DNA of 64,000 bases from the NCBI GenBank assembly GCA_002269645.1, contig NIVC01000487.1:62001-126000 (forward strand), written 5' to 3'. Position numbers and translations under genes: made by a program. Under the pieces are notes generated by a model, which ran no database searches, was not told the DNA's origin, and was given only the letters and a program-made list of their open reading frames with translations. Shown one piece after another: positions 45,587 through 59,108 of the stretch (positions are counted from its first letter, which is position 1; each line of letters opens with the position of its first letter). Origin of the DNA: Macrostomum lignano. Lineage: Eukaryota.

Positions 45587-48500
45587 GATTGGCTTTTGAT
45601 TCTAGTCGATTACAAGCCGCTTGTACTAATTGACACAGATTAGCATATTGAAAACTGGTCAAGTCAAAGTTGGGCTGAAATAGGTATGTTCTTTGATGAG
45701 AACTCCATATATATACAAAATTCTAGGTCTGGCAGCATCTTAGTATATAAATTCTATAGGCCTGAGCCAGATGCTACTGATAAATGTATTATATATATTA
45801 TTTCAGACTTGGGAATTGCTAAGATGTGGTAATGCTGCCAGAAAAAGTTTAGCCTAAAGCATTAAATAATATATTTGGATTAAAAATTGAAAATTTACAA
45901 AGTTTTCAATCCAGATCAGAGTTGCATTGAACTATATACACAGGTCTATATATATTGCTAATGAAGTGTTTTGATCACATGCTAGAGAAATACATAATAC
46001 CATAACTTGCAGTTGTGGCACTCCTTTAGTACCTTTAAAAGGGGTGCTGATTGAAAAGGCCTTGGTACCTGTTGGTTTATTGGTTTAGTTGTAAATAGAA
46101 ACCATAGTAGGAGAAACCAACTGATATTAACTACTAAACCAACTCAAAAGAGACTTTAAATTATATATATATATATTAATAGTAATAGGCAAAGTACTAG
46201 CACTTCTGGCACTTTTAGTACCAAAAGTTACTATTTTTCAAAGTGGCAATTTTTTCATTTCTTTTTTTTAGACTGCTGGTCTTAGGTAACAGAAGTTACT
46301 TTTTGATAAGTCTGGTACCTTTAGTACTTGAAAATGAAAATTTAGGTGCCAAACTACCTATTTAGCACTTTATATTTCCTAAAAGCATAAACTTTCACCA
46401 AAATGCAATTATACAATGGTAAAAAGATTATAGGTTTTTACTTTTTATGTTAAACTACATTAAATGGCATTCAATTAAATTTTCTATGAGGATTGACCTC
46501 ACAGAAATGAGGATTCTATGAGGAAGTATTCTCCTTTTGTGCTTTTGCAAATAAATTGCTTTGTTCAACCCAAATAGTGTAGAAACAAAAAACATTAAAA
46601 AAATTAACATCCTTATTTTACAACTCATTGCAAGTTTTCTAATAAGGATCAATAGCAGTGCATCAAGACACTATACCTGTGATTGGTAGAAAAAATTATG
46701 GAGGCCAATTTCTTTATTTTGATATTTTTGCAAGATAAGTCTATGTACTCTAGGAGTGTTTTATGACTATTAACTCTTTTGAGACCAATTATATTTTTAT
46801 TGTAGTATAAAGGCACAAATCAAAATATTTAATGTTTTGTACATTGGTCCATCTCATACATGCGCAACTTCCAAAATTAAGTTAAAACTTAATTTAAAAC
46901 TTAGTTTAAACAATAAATGTGACATAGTTTTTGGCCAAAAATGCGACTTACATATAAAAGAAATCCTAAAGCAAAATTAATGCAAATTTCGATAAATAAG
47001 AGGAATAACTATGACTGTTTTATTAAGGCAAAATGGCTCATTATCTACTTAGTACTATTAATTTGGATGGGCATTTTTGCAACTTACCTTGGTTAACCGC
47101 CAAATTTGTCAGCCAGATTGGCCAACTTGCTTGACTGTTGCGCATGTATGGTCTATCTATCAAATTGTAGCCATTTATTGTCCTAGTATCCTTTTTTAAT
47201 TGTTAAATGGTATTTCCAAGGCTGCCAAAAGATTATCATTTATTCTAAATAGTTATCTAAATCTAAATAAGTATGTTAGCAGTATAAAAGTGCACCATAT
47301 ACTGTAAAAATATAGCTGCTAAAAAACTATAACATAAGTACTAATAAAGAGAATGACCCACACAAACTAAAAGTTGACTAAAGTATTGTACTCATTATGA
47401 GATAGTTATTGCCAAGAATTACCTTTATACATACTTCTAATGATTCAAAATTAATATTTTGAAAATCAGCCTCCAATTTTTATCCACAAATCATAAGTAT
47501 AGTGCCTTAATATATTGCTAATCTTTGTTTTCTATTTTTTGTTTATTCACTCAAATTTTGGTTGCAATAATAATAATTATATTGCATTTTTATTTAAGGA
47601 CTAATTGTACAGTTAACTATAGACCAAAAATGTTTCTTCTACTTTTCACAAAAAATATTTTGCACTTTTTAATTAGTAGATCATTAAAATTAGAAAGGAT
47701 TTTTAGTATATGGACTAGTAAATTTCAGGGTTTTTATACCAAATTTATGCCCTTGCCACATTTTTCCCAAATGGCCAAAATTATTGAAAGGCTAAATGCC
47801 ACTTTAGCATTTTTTTAGTTTTAAGTTATATATGAGGAAGGGCGCATAGTAATTACTTGTTTCTGTCTATATTTCTTAGAAGAGCCAATTTCAAATTCGC
47901 GCTAAACTTTGTTTTAATGTGGTGAGTTGCAAAAATATTTTCACTATTAATATTTGTTATAAACTGTAATGATTTCTACTATAAATAGAAGCTCTGAGCG
48001 GGCCAGGAGGACTAACTCGGACAACTTGCCCAGCTCATTCAACTTGTTCATTCGTGTGCTTTAGCAAAAGCTAAAACTGACAAGAAGAATTGAAAATTGA
48101 CTTGTTCATTTCTTAGAGTATAAACCCCAAATTGGGAGTAGTATCAAAAACCGCTACAAGCGAGAAACTGCCTCAGGGCAGTTATAGTAACTTCGCCTCA
48201 GGGCAGGAGAATCGCCTCAGAGCAGGAATAAACGCCGCAGGGCAGAGATTTCGCTTTAGAGCTGTGACCCTCTGATCCCGGGAACGCCAGGACTGGGAGA
48301 ATAATATTTTAAAAGGGAATATAGGACTAGAATAGACAGTGTCAATAGACCGCTCAGGCCAGAAGGTACAATAGAAGTATATACGCTACCAATAGAAGTA
48401 CATACGCTACCAATAGAAGTACATGCGCTACCAGTAGAAATACAATTAACAACCAGTAGAATTGTTAAGAAGAAATAGCTTTGTAACAACTTTGGTTACA

Positions 48501-48929
48501 GCGGTAGGATTTTGTATCGTATGGGAACACCCCTACGACAACTTTGGTGGCATTTAGTGGGATTCTCATAGGGAGTCAAAAGGCCTGTTACAACTTTGGT
48601 GGCAGCAAGTAAGGCTAGACAAAGGAATAAATAAGAGCCCTGGGACATATACATTGAAAACTTTTACTTTTATTTTGTATTAACTATTAAAACCTGCAGA
48701 TTTTGAACCCACTGAAATATATTCCCAGGAACTTTTTGTTAGATAGATTCTAAAATCTAAAGCAATATTCAAAATACTTGTTAATAGTTGAAATAGATAA
48801 ATAAAATTTGGAATAAATTTGTATTAAATGAAAATTTGAAGCAAGCATTGATCTTATTGATTGGGGTTGCCACAGATTGATAGGTAATATCTGTCTGAAG
48901 CATGCACTGACAAACTCTAGTCTGATCTT

Positions 48930-49390
48930 TGCCTCTTTCTTATCTTATCCTTCCTCTCTTTATTCTTTTCTCTACTCTCTTATCTTATCCTTCCTCTCTT
49001 TATTCTTTGCTCTACTCTCTTATCTTATCCTTCCTCTTTTTATTCTTTTCTCTACTCTCTTATCTTATCCTTCCTCTTTTTATTCTTTTCTCTACTCTCT
49101 TATCTTATCCTTCCTCTTTTTATTCTTTTCTCTACTCTCTTATCTTATATTTCCTCTTTTCATTTTTTTTCTCTACTCTCTTATCTTATCCTTCCTCTCT
49201 TTATTCTTTTCTCTACTCTCTTATCTTATCCTTCCTCTTTTTATTCTTTTCTCTACTCTCTTATATTATCTTTCCTCTCTTTATTCTTTTCTCTACTCTT
49301 TTATCATATCTTTCCTCTTTTCATTTTTTTCTCTACTCTCTTATCTTTCCTTTCAGCTATTCTCTCTTTTCTTTACTCTCTCTATTTAAC
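48930..49390. repeat. 39-bp pyrimidine-rich minisatellite
   Basis: (TTTCTCTACTCTCTTATCTTATCCTTCCTCTTTTTATTC)n. Confidence 0.93.
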
Positions 49391-52300
49391 TCTCTTTTAT
49401 GTTCTTTTTTATCTCATCTTTAGTTTCTTTATCTGGCTTACAGCCATAAGCTAGATTCTTTATTGGGCCCTTAAGGTAAAAAAATTGCAGTCTCAAGTCT
49501 TTATTCTCCAGAAAGTAGCAAGGTGATTTTAATGCTATTTAGGTTAAATCCTATAGCATTAGCTTAAGTGCTTCAAAAGCTAGTTTATATGACAGACTAT
49601 TCATAATCAGATAGTGGCTAAACTATCATGGCTAAAAGCCTTTCTACAAGGTTACAAAGAAGGCTATAAATAAATATTCTTCCAAAACACTTTATATTTA
49701 CCATGTATACTCAACCCACTTGACACTTTCCTCTATGGGACTAAAAGAATGAGTGGAGTGGCAAAACTACCAGAAAAAGCAGACAAACTTCACCTGCTCA
49801 TATTTTTTATCCTGATTAAAGTACAGAGTAAATACTTTACATTAAGAGAGAAAATAAGTCAAAAAATTGTGTGAAGTTTAAAGACAATGGCTTCATTTGG
49901 AACAAACTTATGGAAACTGAAAGTTAGTCAATTATAAACCCCTTATATCTGACAAGATAAGAAAAGGAGAGAGGCAGAGATTGGGATGATTGCTATGTTA
50001 ATAAAAAGCAGACAAACTTTAAAAGTACACAATACAATTTAAGATTAACTTAAATTAAAAGATTCACAATTTTATAGAATTATGTCAAAAAAGTTGAAGA
50101 TTGTTTGTGTGAAATTTGATGAGGATTGATAAAACTTTTTGGTTTTATTGGTTAATTGGATTTGGTAAAATATTGATTATAAAAATAATCATTTTGCTAT
50201 TTAAATGACTACTTTTGAATAAAAATAATTATCTTTATTTTTAAAAGAACCATATCTAGACTCTTAGAGCATACATTTAATTTAAATAATTGCCATTCGT
50301 GTGGCTGAGATGCAGCTAGAAACATGCAACATAAGTTCTTGAGGGTTAGGCAGGCTCTAGAAAATATTTGCATCATGAGCAAAATCATATTTATAAACAA
50401 AAAAGCATTAGGCATTTTAATTATCTATAAGAAATATGCTAACTTTTTTAGTATTTTTAGCAGATGGTAAAGAAAACTTCATTTGATATAATAATATGCA
50501 AACATGATTTTTCTGCCAATTGAGAGCCAACTAAACTAAGCTGGTTGGGTTGGGTCTTGGGAAAAATAAAATGTAAACAAACTCTCTATGACAATATTTT
50601 GTGGCAAATGAAATGACTAAATTGCAGACAAGAATGAAGATGAACTGGCAGCAGATGAAATGACTATCAACCCTTACATCTTACCCAACTAATAATTGTA
50701 TACTTTATTTATAGACATAAAACATAGCTATTATTATAGAATGCAGCCTATATTTATAGGCCCTAGAACTGATAGCTAAAGCATAGGCTCCAGCATTCAA
50801 AACATGGAACATTAGGCCTACCTTTGTTTTAAATGTAGAGAAGCAGGAACTTAATTGCAAGGAGATATATTGTTAGCAAAAGGGAATAACAAGTAAGCAA
50901 TCAAGGTAACTGGCGCAATGGATTTGATTGGTGTAAGACAGGCAGCAACACCATGGTACACACATGGTATTTTCTATAATTTTCATGTTGGTTGTGGAGG
51001 AAAATTTGTTATGAGTTTATAGATCTTCCCAATAGCTAGCAATAAATATTTTTTATTTTTGTTTTTGTCTATAGCATAGGCCTAGCCTAAGCTGTAAAAA
51101 TGCCTTGTGCTCAGATGACTTTGGTTGAAGTATTTTTTCTGGTATCTAGAATGGCGACACATTCAATTATATAGTAGGCCTTTAAGATATCATTTTTTGA
51201 ATCTCTGCCACAAAGTTTACATTTTTCTTAAGTTTATTTGTTTGGTAAGAACTGTTTTAAGCTTAAGCAGAATTTCTAGATATTTCTAGAATTTCTAGAA
51301 GGTGGCCTTTTCCATGGAAAATTCTGGTGCATACAAAGTCCTTGGTGCACTTGGCACACAATCATAGCGCACATTGAGGTCCTTAGCACATGCGGCGCAT
51401 AATTGCAGTGCATAAGGTCCCTGACATATGTGGTGCTGCGCACAACTTTGGTGCATAAGGAATCAGAATAGAATCTTTATTTAATATTAGCATAAAACTG
51501 GCATAGGCCATAGCATATTGAATCTGTATGAATTCTAAGAATTTTTTAGATTTGTTATAAAATACATAAAATACATAAATTCATAAAATAAGGGCACAGA
51601 CATGTCACACAGATGGCACATAGACGGTGCACAAATGATGCATAGACAGCGCATAGACGGCGTACAAATCATTTCAAAGAATTTTTTTCAGCGCACACTG
51701 TGCCACCTTCCTAACTATGTGTGCAAGTAAGATAAACCTAGGTTTTGTAGTTTTTAAAGGATGTTCACTTTCCAGGGGTTGTTTGGGCAGAATTTTTCTG
51801 TTTGAATGTTTAATTTTGAGCCAGTATGTAAGAAAAAATTCGAGATGGTAAGTGAGATAGGTGTTAAATTAGGTTCTGCATAGCCATAGGTCTGTAGGTG
51901 CTTTTAGGTAGGTTGAGGAGGTATTTGTAGAAATTTCTTTGGATTTAGTTTATCTTCTTGAGTTCAGTACAGGTTGCTAGAGGTCCCCAGATTTCACAAC
52001 TATATGTTATAACTGGTGTGACCAAAGAATCAAATAGTCTACTAATAAGCATGATGTCCAGCGTGGTGTCTGTCTCTTACTTTGTGCAGCAGTGAAAACA
52101 TTGCAGAATTACCTTGTTTGGTCTGATAAATGTTTAACTCTCATGTTTAGTTAATACATATTGCGCAATATTTAAATTAGGTTTTTCCTTATTATGCGTC
52201 ACCCGCCGATCGCCTGCCGCTGCCCCGCCATTCAAAATATAATTTACATTATTCAAAATAATATTATAAACATAAACCAAACGAAACATAATTCAAAATT

Positions 52301-54981
52301 TACTTTAAATTTAAAACTTCTTGCTACGATAGAAACAAACAGTTTAAAAATGTAGTAAGCACTATAGTTTTAATGTCAAAAACTATGTGTATTTGATAAA
52401 AGCACACATTTTTTTAATTTTAAATTACTCGTTGTTTTACATTTACGCTTTCTTTCTTTGTTCTTTGAAATTATCGAGCATTTTAAAAAATTATCTAAAC
52501 ACCAAAAACTAACTTTTAATTGCATGCTTTAGATTAGAATTGGTTCCAGAACCGTGATCCGATTTTGGAATTAGGTTTGAGAAATTTTCTTGATCCGTTG
52601 TCGTATTTCTATGGAAAAAACAGGACGAATTTGAAAAAACATTTGAAACATTTCAAAATTCAAAAAGAATACTAAAACTTAAAAGTATAGGCCATATTTT
52701 AAATAAAAATATTTTTATTTTTTGTTTTGAGAAGTAATATAATTAAAGAGAAATAGAAAAATTCAACACTTTATTTTTCTACCAATTCTGGTTTTGGAAT
52801 TGGAATTATTCTGGTTCTAGAACCAATCTTCGTGAGAAGCCTATATCTTTTCAGTTTCAGTTGTTTGAGTTTTCAGGTTTGCCTAATGCATTTGAATTTC
52901 CATGGATTACTAATGGATAATACTAATGATTATAGAGACATTCAATCCTAATATTTTGGGTACAAAAATATTTGTATGCCTGAGTTTGTCAAACTAAAAA
53001 GTTTAAAAAACTGGACTTCTTCAAGTTTATGTTGATAAAATACTTCCGATTATTCGATTTTTCTGAAACTTGTGGTGGAGACTTATGGGACACCCAAAAT
53101 TACAAAAATGCAAAAAAAGTGTAGAAAGTTACCTGTATGGTTGATGCAATGACAATTTACTTGATTCCCTATTCTCTTAATGAGGTTCGGTAAGAAAAAG
53201 TTTCTACAAATACATTTTTGAAAGTGTATCCACTTGATTGCACAAATAATAATAATAACACACAATTATTAGTATTAATACTACCATTCTACCAAGTCTA
53301 GCAACTTTTATTGATTTTTAAGCTTTTTTTCATTATGCTTATTGTTGATCAAATTTTATTATATGGCTTTATTATAATAATTATATCTGTGCTGATTTCT
53401 TGCAATTTGGGTTTGCTTTGGTTGTGCTATGTATATAGCCTGCAAGCAAATTGCCCATGGAGTTTTTTCCTGCCAAGGTTTGCCCGCAATGCTTTTTACT
53501 ACAATGCATTTGATATGTAGTTACTATCAAAAAGTTTTGATTCTATAAATCTTTTTACTAAGATTTATTACATCTAATAAGCATTGGGAAGGCACTGCAG
53601 ACAAAATCTGCAGTAAAAAAGCATTGCAGACAAACCTTGGTAGGAAAAAACTCTGTAGGAAACTTGCTTGTGGGCAAACCACCTGTAGGCAAATTGCATT
53701 GCGGGTAAAGCTTGGCAGGTAAATCTCCTGCAGGCAATCATCTGCAGGCAATTCTCATGGACCCTAAATAAATTCTTCTGAGGTCACAAAAACTTAAGAC
53801 ACCATTTAACATACAAATTAATTGGCTTATTAATCTGTGGTCTTAGGCTAAATATTTTTATTATTATTATCATTGTTGTTATTATAATTAACAGTTTAAG
53901 AAAGGCTAAAGTCCACAGTTTACAAGTGTTTACAGAAGATGAATCATGTCAAGCTGAGTGCCTGCTGAGTTTCTTGATGGCTTATTAGGGACATGAAGCT
54001 GGCTTGTCTGTCCAAACAGCTTGTGTGTCTAGGTTCTATAAGTCTATGACTAATGTTCTTCTACTTAAGTGCACATTTTGAAATACAAATCCAAATCAAT
54101 TGCAGTTTCAGTCATTTTAAAGAAGAGACTTGCTGCTTTCAAACAACACCAAACTTGTGTCAATCCAACTTACCAAATGTCTGCTACAAGTGAAAGTAAC
54201 ACTATTTTCCAGATACCCCTCATATTTCTTCCATTATTTATTTTTTTAAAAATAAAGGGTGAGAAAAAAATGAACTTTAAAATACCCATGTTTAGTAGTA
54301 ATAGTAATAGTAATCATAATAATAGAGTAAGTAATAATACTGGATGGCATATACCTTCACATGTATAAATTTTAAATTTTGTGTAGTGATTTGTGTGCTC
54401 GTTATCTAATAGAGTAGTGAGATCTAGAAATATCTAAATAAAGCTGGGCGCCAATGGTGGACCTTGATCCCAATCTTGATTCCAACTAATCCCAAGTTCT
54501 GACTTTTATGAGTTAAATCCCACCTAACCATATTTTTCCCATCCCAGTCAGGCTCTAGGGGGCACCATGATATACATACAAGATATACTATACTCAGCAA
54601 ACTCAGGTCAATGAGGACCTTTTTTGATGATCTTAGCTTATAATATGAAATTAGTCAGGCAACTTATTATGCTTTAATGTTTTCTAGTACTCCTATGTCT
54701 TTTTTCCTGTGATTTATTCACTTCATATATTCAAAGTTTTATAGTTCAGAATATTGATAACATTTGAACCATCCAAGGGCACATTCGAAAAAATTTTCAG
54801 GGAGAAGGTATACCAAGTACTATAACCCAAAATAGACCTTGCATAGTTATAGGCCAATAGTAAAGTTGTTGATTCTTATTTTATCATAATTACTCTCTAC
54901 AATATAGTAATGTATTTTTATATCCATAATTGATAATTTTCACTGAAGACAATCTTGAACTACAATTTTACTTTCCTATTC

Positions 54982-56996
54982 ATGCTGTCAATGAAAATGC
55001 AATTCTCAAGAGGCCTAAGCAAAATAAACTTATTTGTGCACAGCTCATCAACGTTCATCCAACCATTTAGAGCTTTTACCAGGCATGGTAAAAATCCCTT
55101 CAATAGGCTGTCCTGGGATTCAATACAGTAAGTTTTTTATTGTATATTCAAAAAATAATTGCCACATCCATTGTCTAATACTGGTTTAGATTCTAAGTAA
55201 TGTATTACGCGTTTCCTTCTGCTTTTTAATGCACTTCAGGCCCGACAAAACTGAAAAGACGTCCAGTATTGACGATTCTGTCGATGCTGTTATTAAAGTG
55301 GCCGAATTGGCGGCTAAACAAGCGGACGAAGCCGCCACAACGGCAGCAACCGAAGCCCTTCTGGCGGCCAGTCAGCGGCATCTCAGCCTGCTGCCAGAGG
55401 ATGCCAGATTTCTGCGCTCCGGCCTTAGCCCGCTGGCTCTGCTGCCTGACGATCAGGCCGAGTCTCCCGTTGACTCGGCAGCTGCCGGCCGGGCCAGACA
55501 GGCAGTTCCGGCCGGCTGTCCGCACTGGGGCCGAGTGTCGGAACCGGCGGCCAGGCCGGAACAGACTGGCGGGCGCAGCCAGCAGCAGCAGCTGAATCCA
55601 ACCTATGCCGACTGTGCCAAGCGAGACTGGGCCAGGGTGTTCCTGCGGCCGCCAACTAATCCTTGGCAGGAGTTGATTCAGCTGACCGCCGAGGGCAAGC
55701 TCTGGCACTATCCGATTGATAATGAGCAGGTAGATTCTGAGTCGTTTTTTTGTCGTCATGGGCTTGTTTGTTTTAAAGTGGCTTTTTATGGCGTCAATTT
55801 CGCGCCACGACCCCTTATTTGGGTCTACGACGTTTGCCAGCGAGACGTTTGCCAGCCGGGAATTTGCCAGCGAGACGTTTGCCAGCCGGGCATTTGCCAG
55901 CGAGACGTTTGCCAGCCGGGCATTTGCCAGCGAGACGTTTGCCAGCCGGGCATTTGCCAGCGAGACGTTTGCCAGCCGGGCATTTGCCAGCGAGACGTTT
56001 GCCAGCCGGGCATTTGCCAGCGAGACGTTTGCCAGCCGGGCATTTGCCAGCGAGACGTTTGCCAGCCGGGCATTTGCCAGCGAGACGTTTGCCAGCCGGG
56101 CATTTGCAGGCAGCAATTGGTTAAAGAATTATGCCCTCTCTCTAGGCTTACACGTACTTGCATTTGAAAACTGCGGACATAGCACCAATCTAATCCCACC
56201 TCGCTCCCTACTACTACTACTAAATATACAGGTTACTAACAAACTACTGCTCACTGGAACGCTCTTCGTCTTGAATCTTGATATTTTGGGTAGGTTTTAG
56301 TAACAGGTGCAAAAGCAACCGATGTTACCAAAACTGTCCAAACTAGCAGCGCCAAAGCGTCACTGACATCAAAGTCAGTAAGCAGACAATGAAGCATCTC
56401 ACAACTAAAGTCTCGTAGTCAATTGGCAATGGCACGAAAAGTTGGAAAACGTCGGCTGGCGAATGTCCGGCTGGCAAACGTCGCTATCCCCCCCCCTCAT
56501 TTGATTCCGTGCGCGTTTATTTGAGAAAATTTTTCGATTCACACCCAAGACACAGTGAAGTGCACATGCCTGACGATTAGAAAGTCAGGGCCGCTGTACA
56601 CTCCTGTGTGAGCGTGTGTTCGAATTATGTCTATCGAGTCAATATGGCAAATTTAGGATGGTCAGTCCCCGATCCGCCACCTGCACTGACCAAATTTTCA
56701 CTGGCAAAAGTGCACAAAAGTACAACTTCAATTTGCAGGGCCGAGAACTGGAGCCAGACGGTCGGGTATCTTTCCAGCGTCACGTGATGCTTGAACGGCA
56801 ACTGCAAGACTGGGTGCCCAAGACTGGGCCAGTCCGGCACTTCATGGAGACCGTGTGCGTTGGCCTGTCAAAGAATCCCTACCTGACAGCGGCTGAGAAG
56901 GCCGATCACCTGGATTGGTATCGGCGCTACTTTGCTGACAAGATTGACAGAATTCAGGCTGTCTATGAGCAGTCTGCTGAGCCTACTGAGGCCTGA
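54982..56996 (+). CDS. MRPS31: Mitochondrial small-subunit ribosomal protein S31 (mS31), 3 exons, 297 aa
   Basis: Exons: 54982-55127, 55240-55729, 56739-56996, with consistent phases. Exon 1 encodes an R/S/F-rich, acid-poor presequence (MLSMKMQFSRGLSKINLF...). Conserved C-terminal domain: NPWQELIQLTAEGKLWHYPIDNE and GPVRHFMETVCVGLSKNPYL. AATAAA at 57040-57045. Confidence 0.9.
55821..56490. mobile_element. Putative foldback/Mutator-like non-autonomous element in MRPS31 intron 2 with a 30-bp subterminal tandem array
   Basis: Ends GGGTCTACGACGTTTGCCAGC versus reverse complement GGGATAGCGACGTTTGCCAGC (17/21). About 9 copies of TTTGCCAGCGAGACGTTTGCCAGCCGGGCA at 55832-56105. Imperfect flanking duplication CCCCTTATTT / CCCCTCATTT. 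Confidence 0.55.
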
Positions 56997-57320
56997 GTGA
57001 GCATGGGAGCACTGATCAGTGGTTGTTCTCTGTTATTTTAATAAAGAATTTAAACAAATAAATAAACAAATTGCTTTGTTATTATTGCTTTAATTCGCAT
57101 TTTTAATACGATTTATTAACACCGGAGTCAAATATTTACAGCTGATTATTTGTTGTGCTGATTATTTTCTTGCTAACGATTCCGTGTTAGTCTACTTACA
57201 GTAGCATGATTCCCACCTGCTTCCTTATTTGGTGAAAAAAGCCTAGATTGCGAATTGCAATCCAAGTTCAATAGTAATTAAATGGCTATATGTACCTATG
57301 TCAATGCTATTGATCTATCT

Positions 57321-57516
57321 CAGGAATCCGTAAACTTTTTTTTTACCTCAAGAATCCAGCTTATGGCTGCGGGCCAAAGTGAGAGGAAAGGAGAATTGAA
57401 GATGGGAGAGGAGAGGCGAGAGAAGAAATAAAAGTGAGAAGAGAGCTGAGAAGAGACACCAACCTTGAGCAAGACAGATTAGAGAGGCTTCGCGGGCCTC
57501 GGTGTGACAAACCCTG
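57321..57516. mobile_element. Degenerate 196-bp copy of the same hAT MITE family
   Basis: CAGG...AAACT left end and ...ACCCTG right end. 8-bp TSD ATCTATCT at 57313-57320 and 57517-57524. Shares TATGGCTGCG-GCC, a GA-rich core and AGAGAGGCTTC-CGGGCC with the 19065 copy. Confidence 0.7.
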
Positions 57517-58639
57517 ATCTATCTATCTGATAGAAGTGGAGTCTCAAACTATGACAAACTGGCTAACTTATTCTCCGTGTCTGCTTGCTAACTTATTCTC
57601 CGTGTCTGCTTGTAGCTCGTATGACGTTAAAAATCCTTGGAGCTGTTTCTCATTGACTCGTTTGGCACTGCTGCCAAATGGCAATTTGATTTAGAAAATA
57701 AAGGTAAAAAAAACAAGCACAGGTTTGCTATAAATTAAGTATTAACTAACTAAACATTATAGTATCCGGTTACCTTCATCAGGTAATTTTGTCTGTGGAG
57801 AATTTCTAGCAACCAACTGTGGGTGCTTCTTACTCCTCGGGCAAAGTCTGCTTAACGATACGGGATATTCAGTGAGGCGTTTCGGGATCAGGGGCTGTGG
57901 TATCATATATACCGAGAATTAATTGAACGTTAATCGAGCGAGAACTGTAATCTGCGCTCAGCCTTCCTATAGTGGGGTAATACCGAGGCCAATTAAATGC
58001 TAGCTGAGCTGTGGGTCCGAGTCTGAGCATTGGACCATGGGGCTGCAGCTTGCGTAAGCTGTGTGGTGGTGTCTCAGCTGTCTTGTGTGCAGCCAATTGT
58101 CTCCGCTTATAGCTGTCAGTCTGTTTCCTATTTTCTTCTTGATTGTTGTACTGCCTAGCTTTTACATACATTGTCCAGATGTACAGGCATGTGCACTGCA
58201 AATAGATAAACTGAGAACAACAATAGGTGCAGTAGAGCGGGTACAACAATGATGAGAAGGAACACAACGCGTTTTAATCGCTTGCTCCGTTATATGAGCC
58301 TAGTTAACAGAGATAAACAATCTTTTATCAATTCACACTTGGTGGTTTATTAGTCAGGCAGACAGGTAGAGTTTATCTCACCTTCGCTGTCAAGTCAATC
58401 CGTGCGAGACAAAACGCGAGCTACCGGTTTCGTCCATCGGGTGTCTTGGCCGCCGGCCACGCGACTGGACACGTGTCAGAATGCATACACGTGTTTATGC
58501 TGTCACTTATATAATGATATAAACAGGTGGGGTGTGCTCTCAATTGTTAGTGGCATCAGAAAGTTGTCAACATGCATGTATCGGTGATCTGGTATCAGCA
58601 ACGAAGGGCTTAGATATTCTAAAAGGTCCTTTTGAGCAC

Positions 58640-59108
58640 CCTATCCCTCCTGGCTCACCAGGAGCTCTCGATCCCATTGTGATCCTGCTGGATATCCCTG
58701 TCCCTCCTGGCTCACCAGGAGCTCTCGATCCCATTGTGATCCTGCTGGTATCCCTGTCACTCCTGGCTCACCTGGAGCTCTCCCAGTGTGATCCTGCTGG
58801 GTATCCCTGTCACTCCTGGCTCACCTGGAGCTCTCGATCCCATTGTGATCCTGCTGGGTATCCCTGTCACCCCTGGCTCACCTGGAGCTCTCGATCCCAT
58901 TGATCCTGCTGGGTATGCTTGTCCCTCCTGGCTCACCTGGAGCTCTCCCAGTGTGATCCTGCTGGGTATCCCTGTCACTCCTGGCTCACCTGGAGCTCTC
59001 GATCCCATTGTGATCCTGCTGGGTATCCCTGTCACCCCTGGCTCACCTGGAGCTCTCCCAGTGTGATCCTGCTGGGTATCCCTGTCACTACTGGCTCACC
59101 TGGAGCTC
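58640..59108. repeat. 51-57-bp minisatellite
   Basis: (GATCCTGCTGGGTATCCCTGTCACTCCTGGCTCACCTGGAGCTCTCGATCCCATTGT)n. Confidence 0.93.

Noticed and set aside
48877-49423. Hydrophobic Leu/Phe/Ser ORFs resembling membrane proteins
   Set aside because: Translations of a 39-bp pyrimidine repeat.
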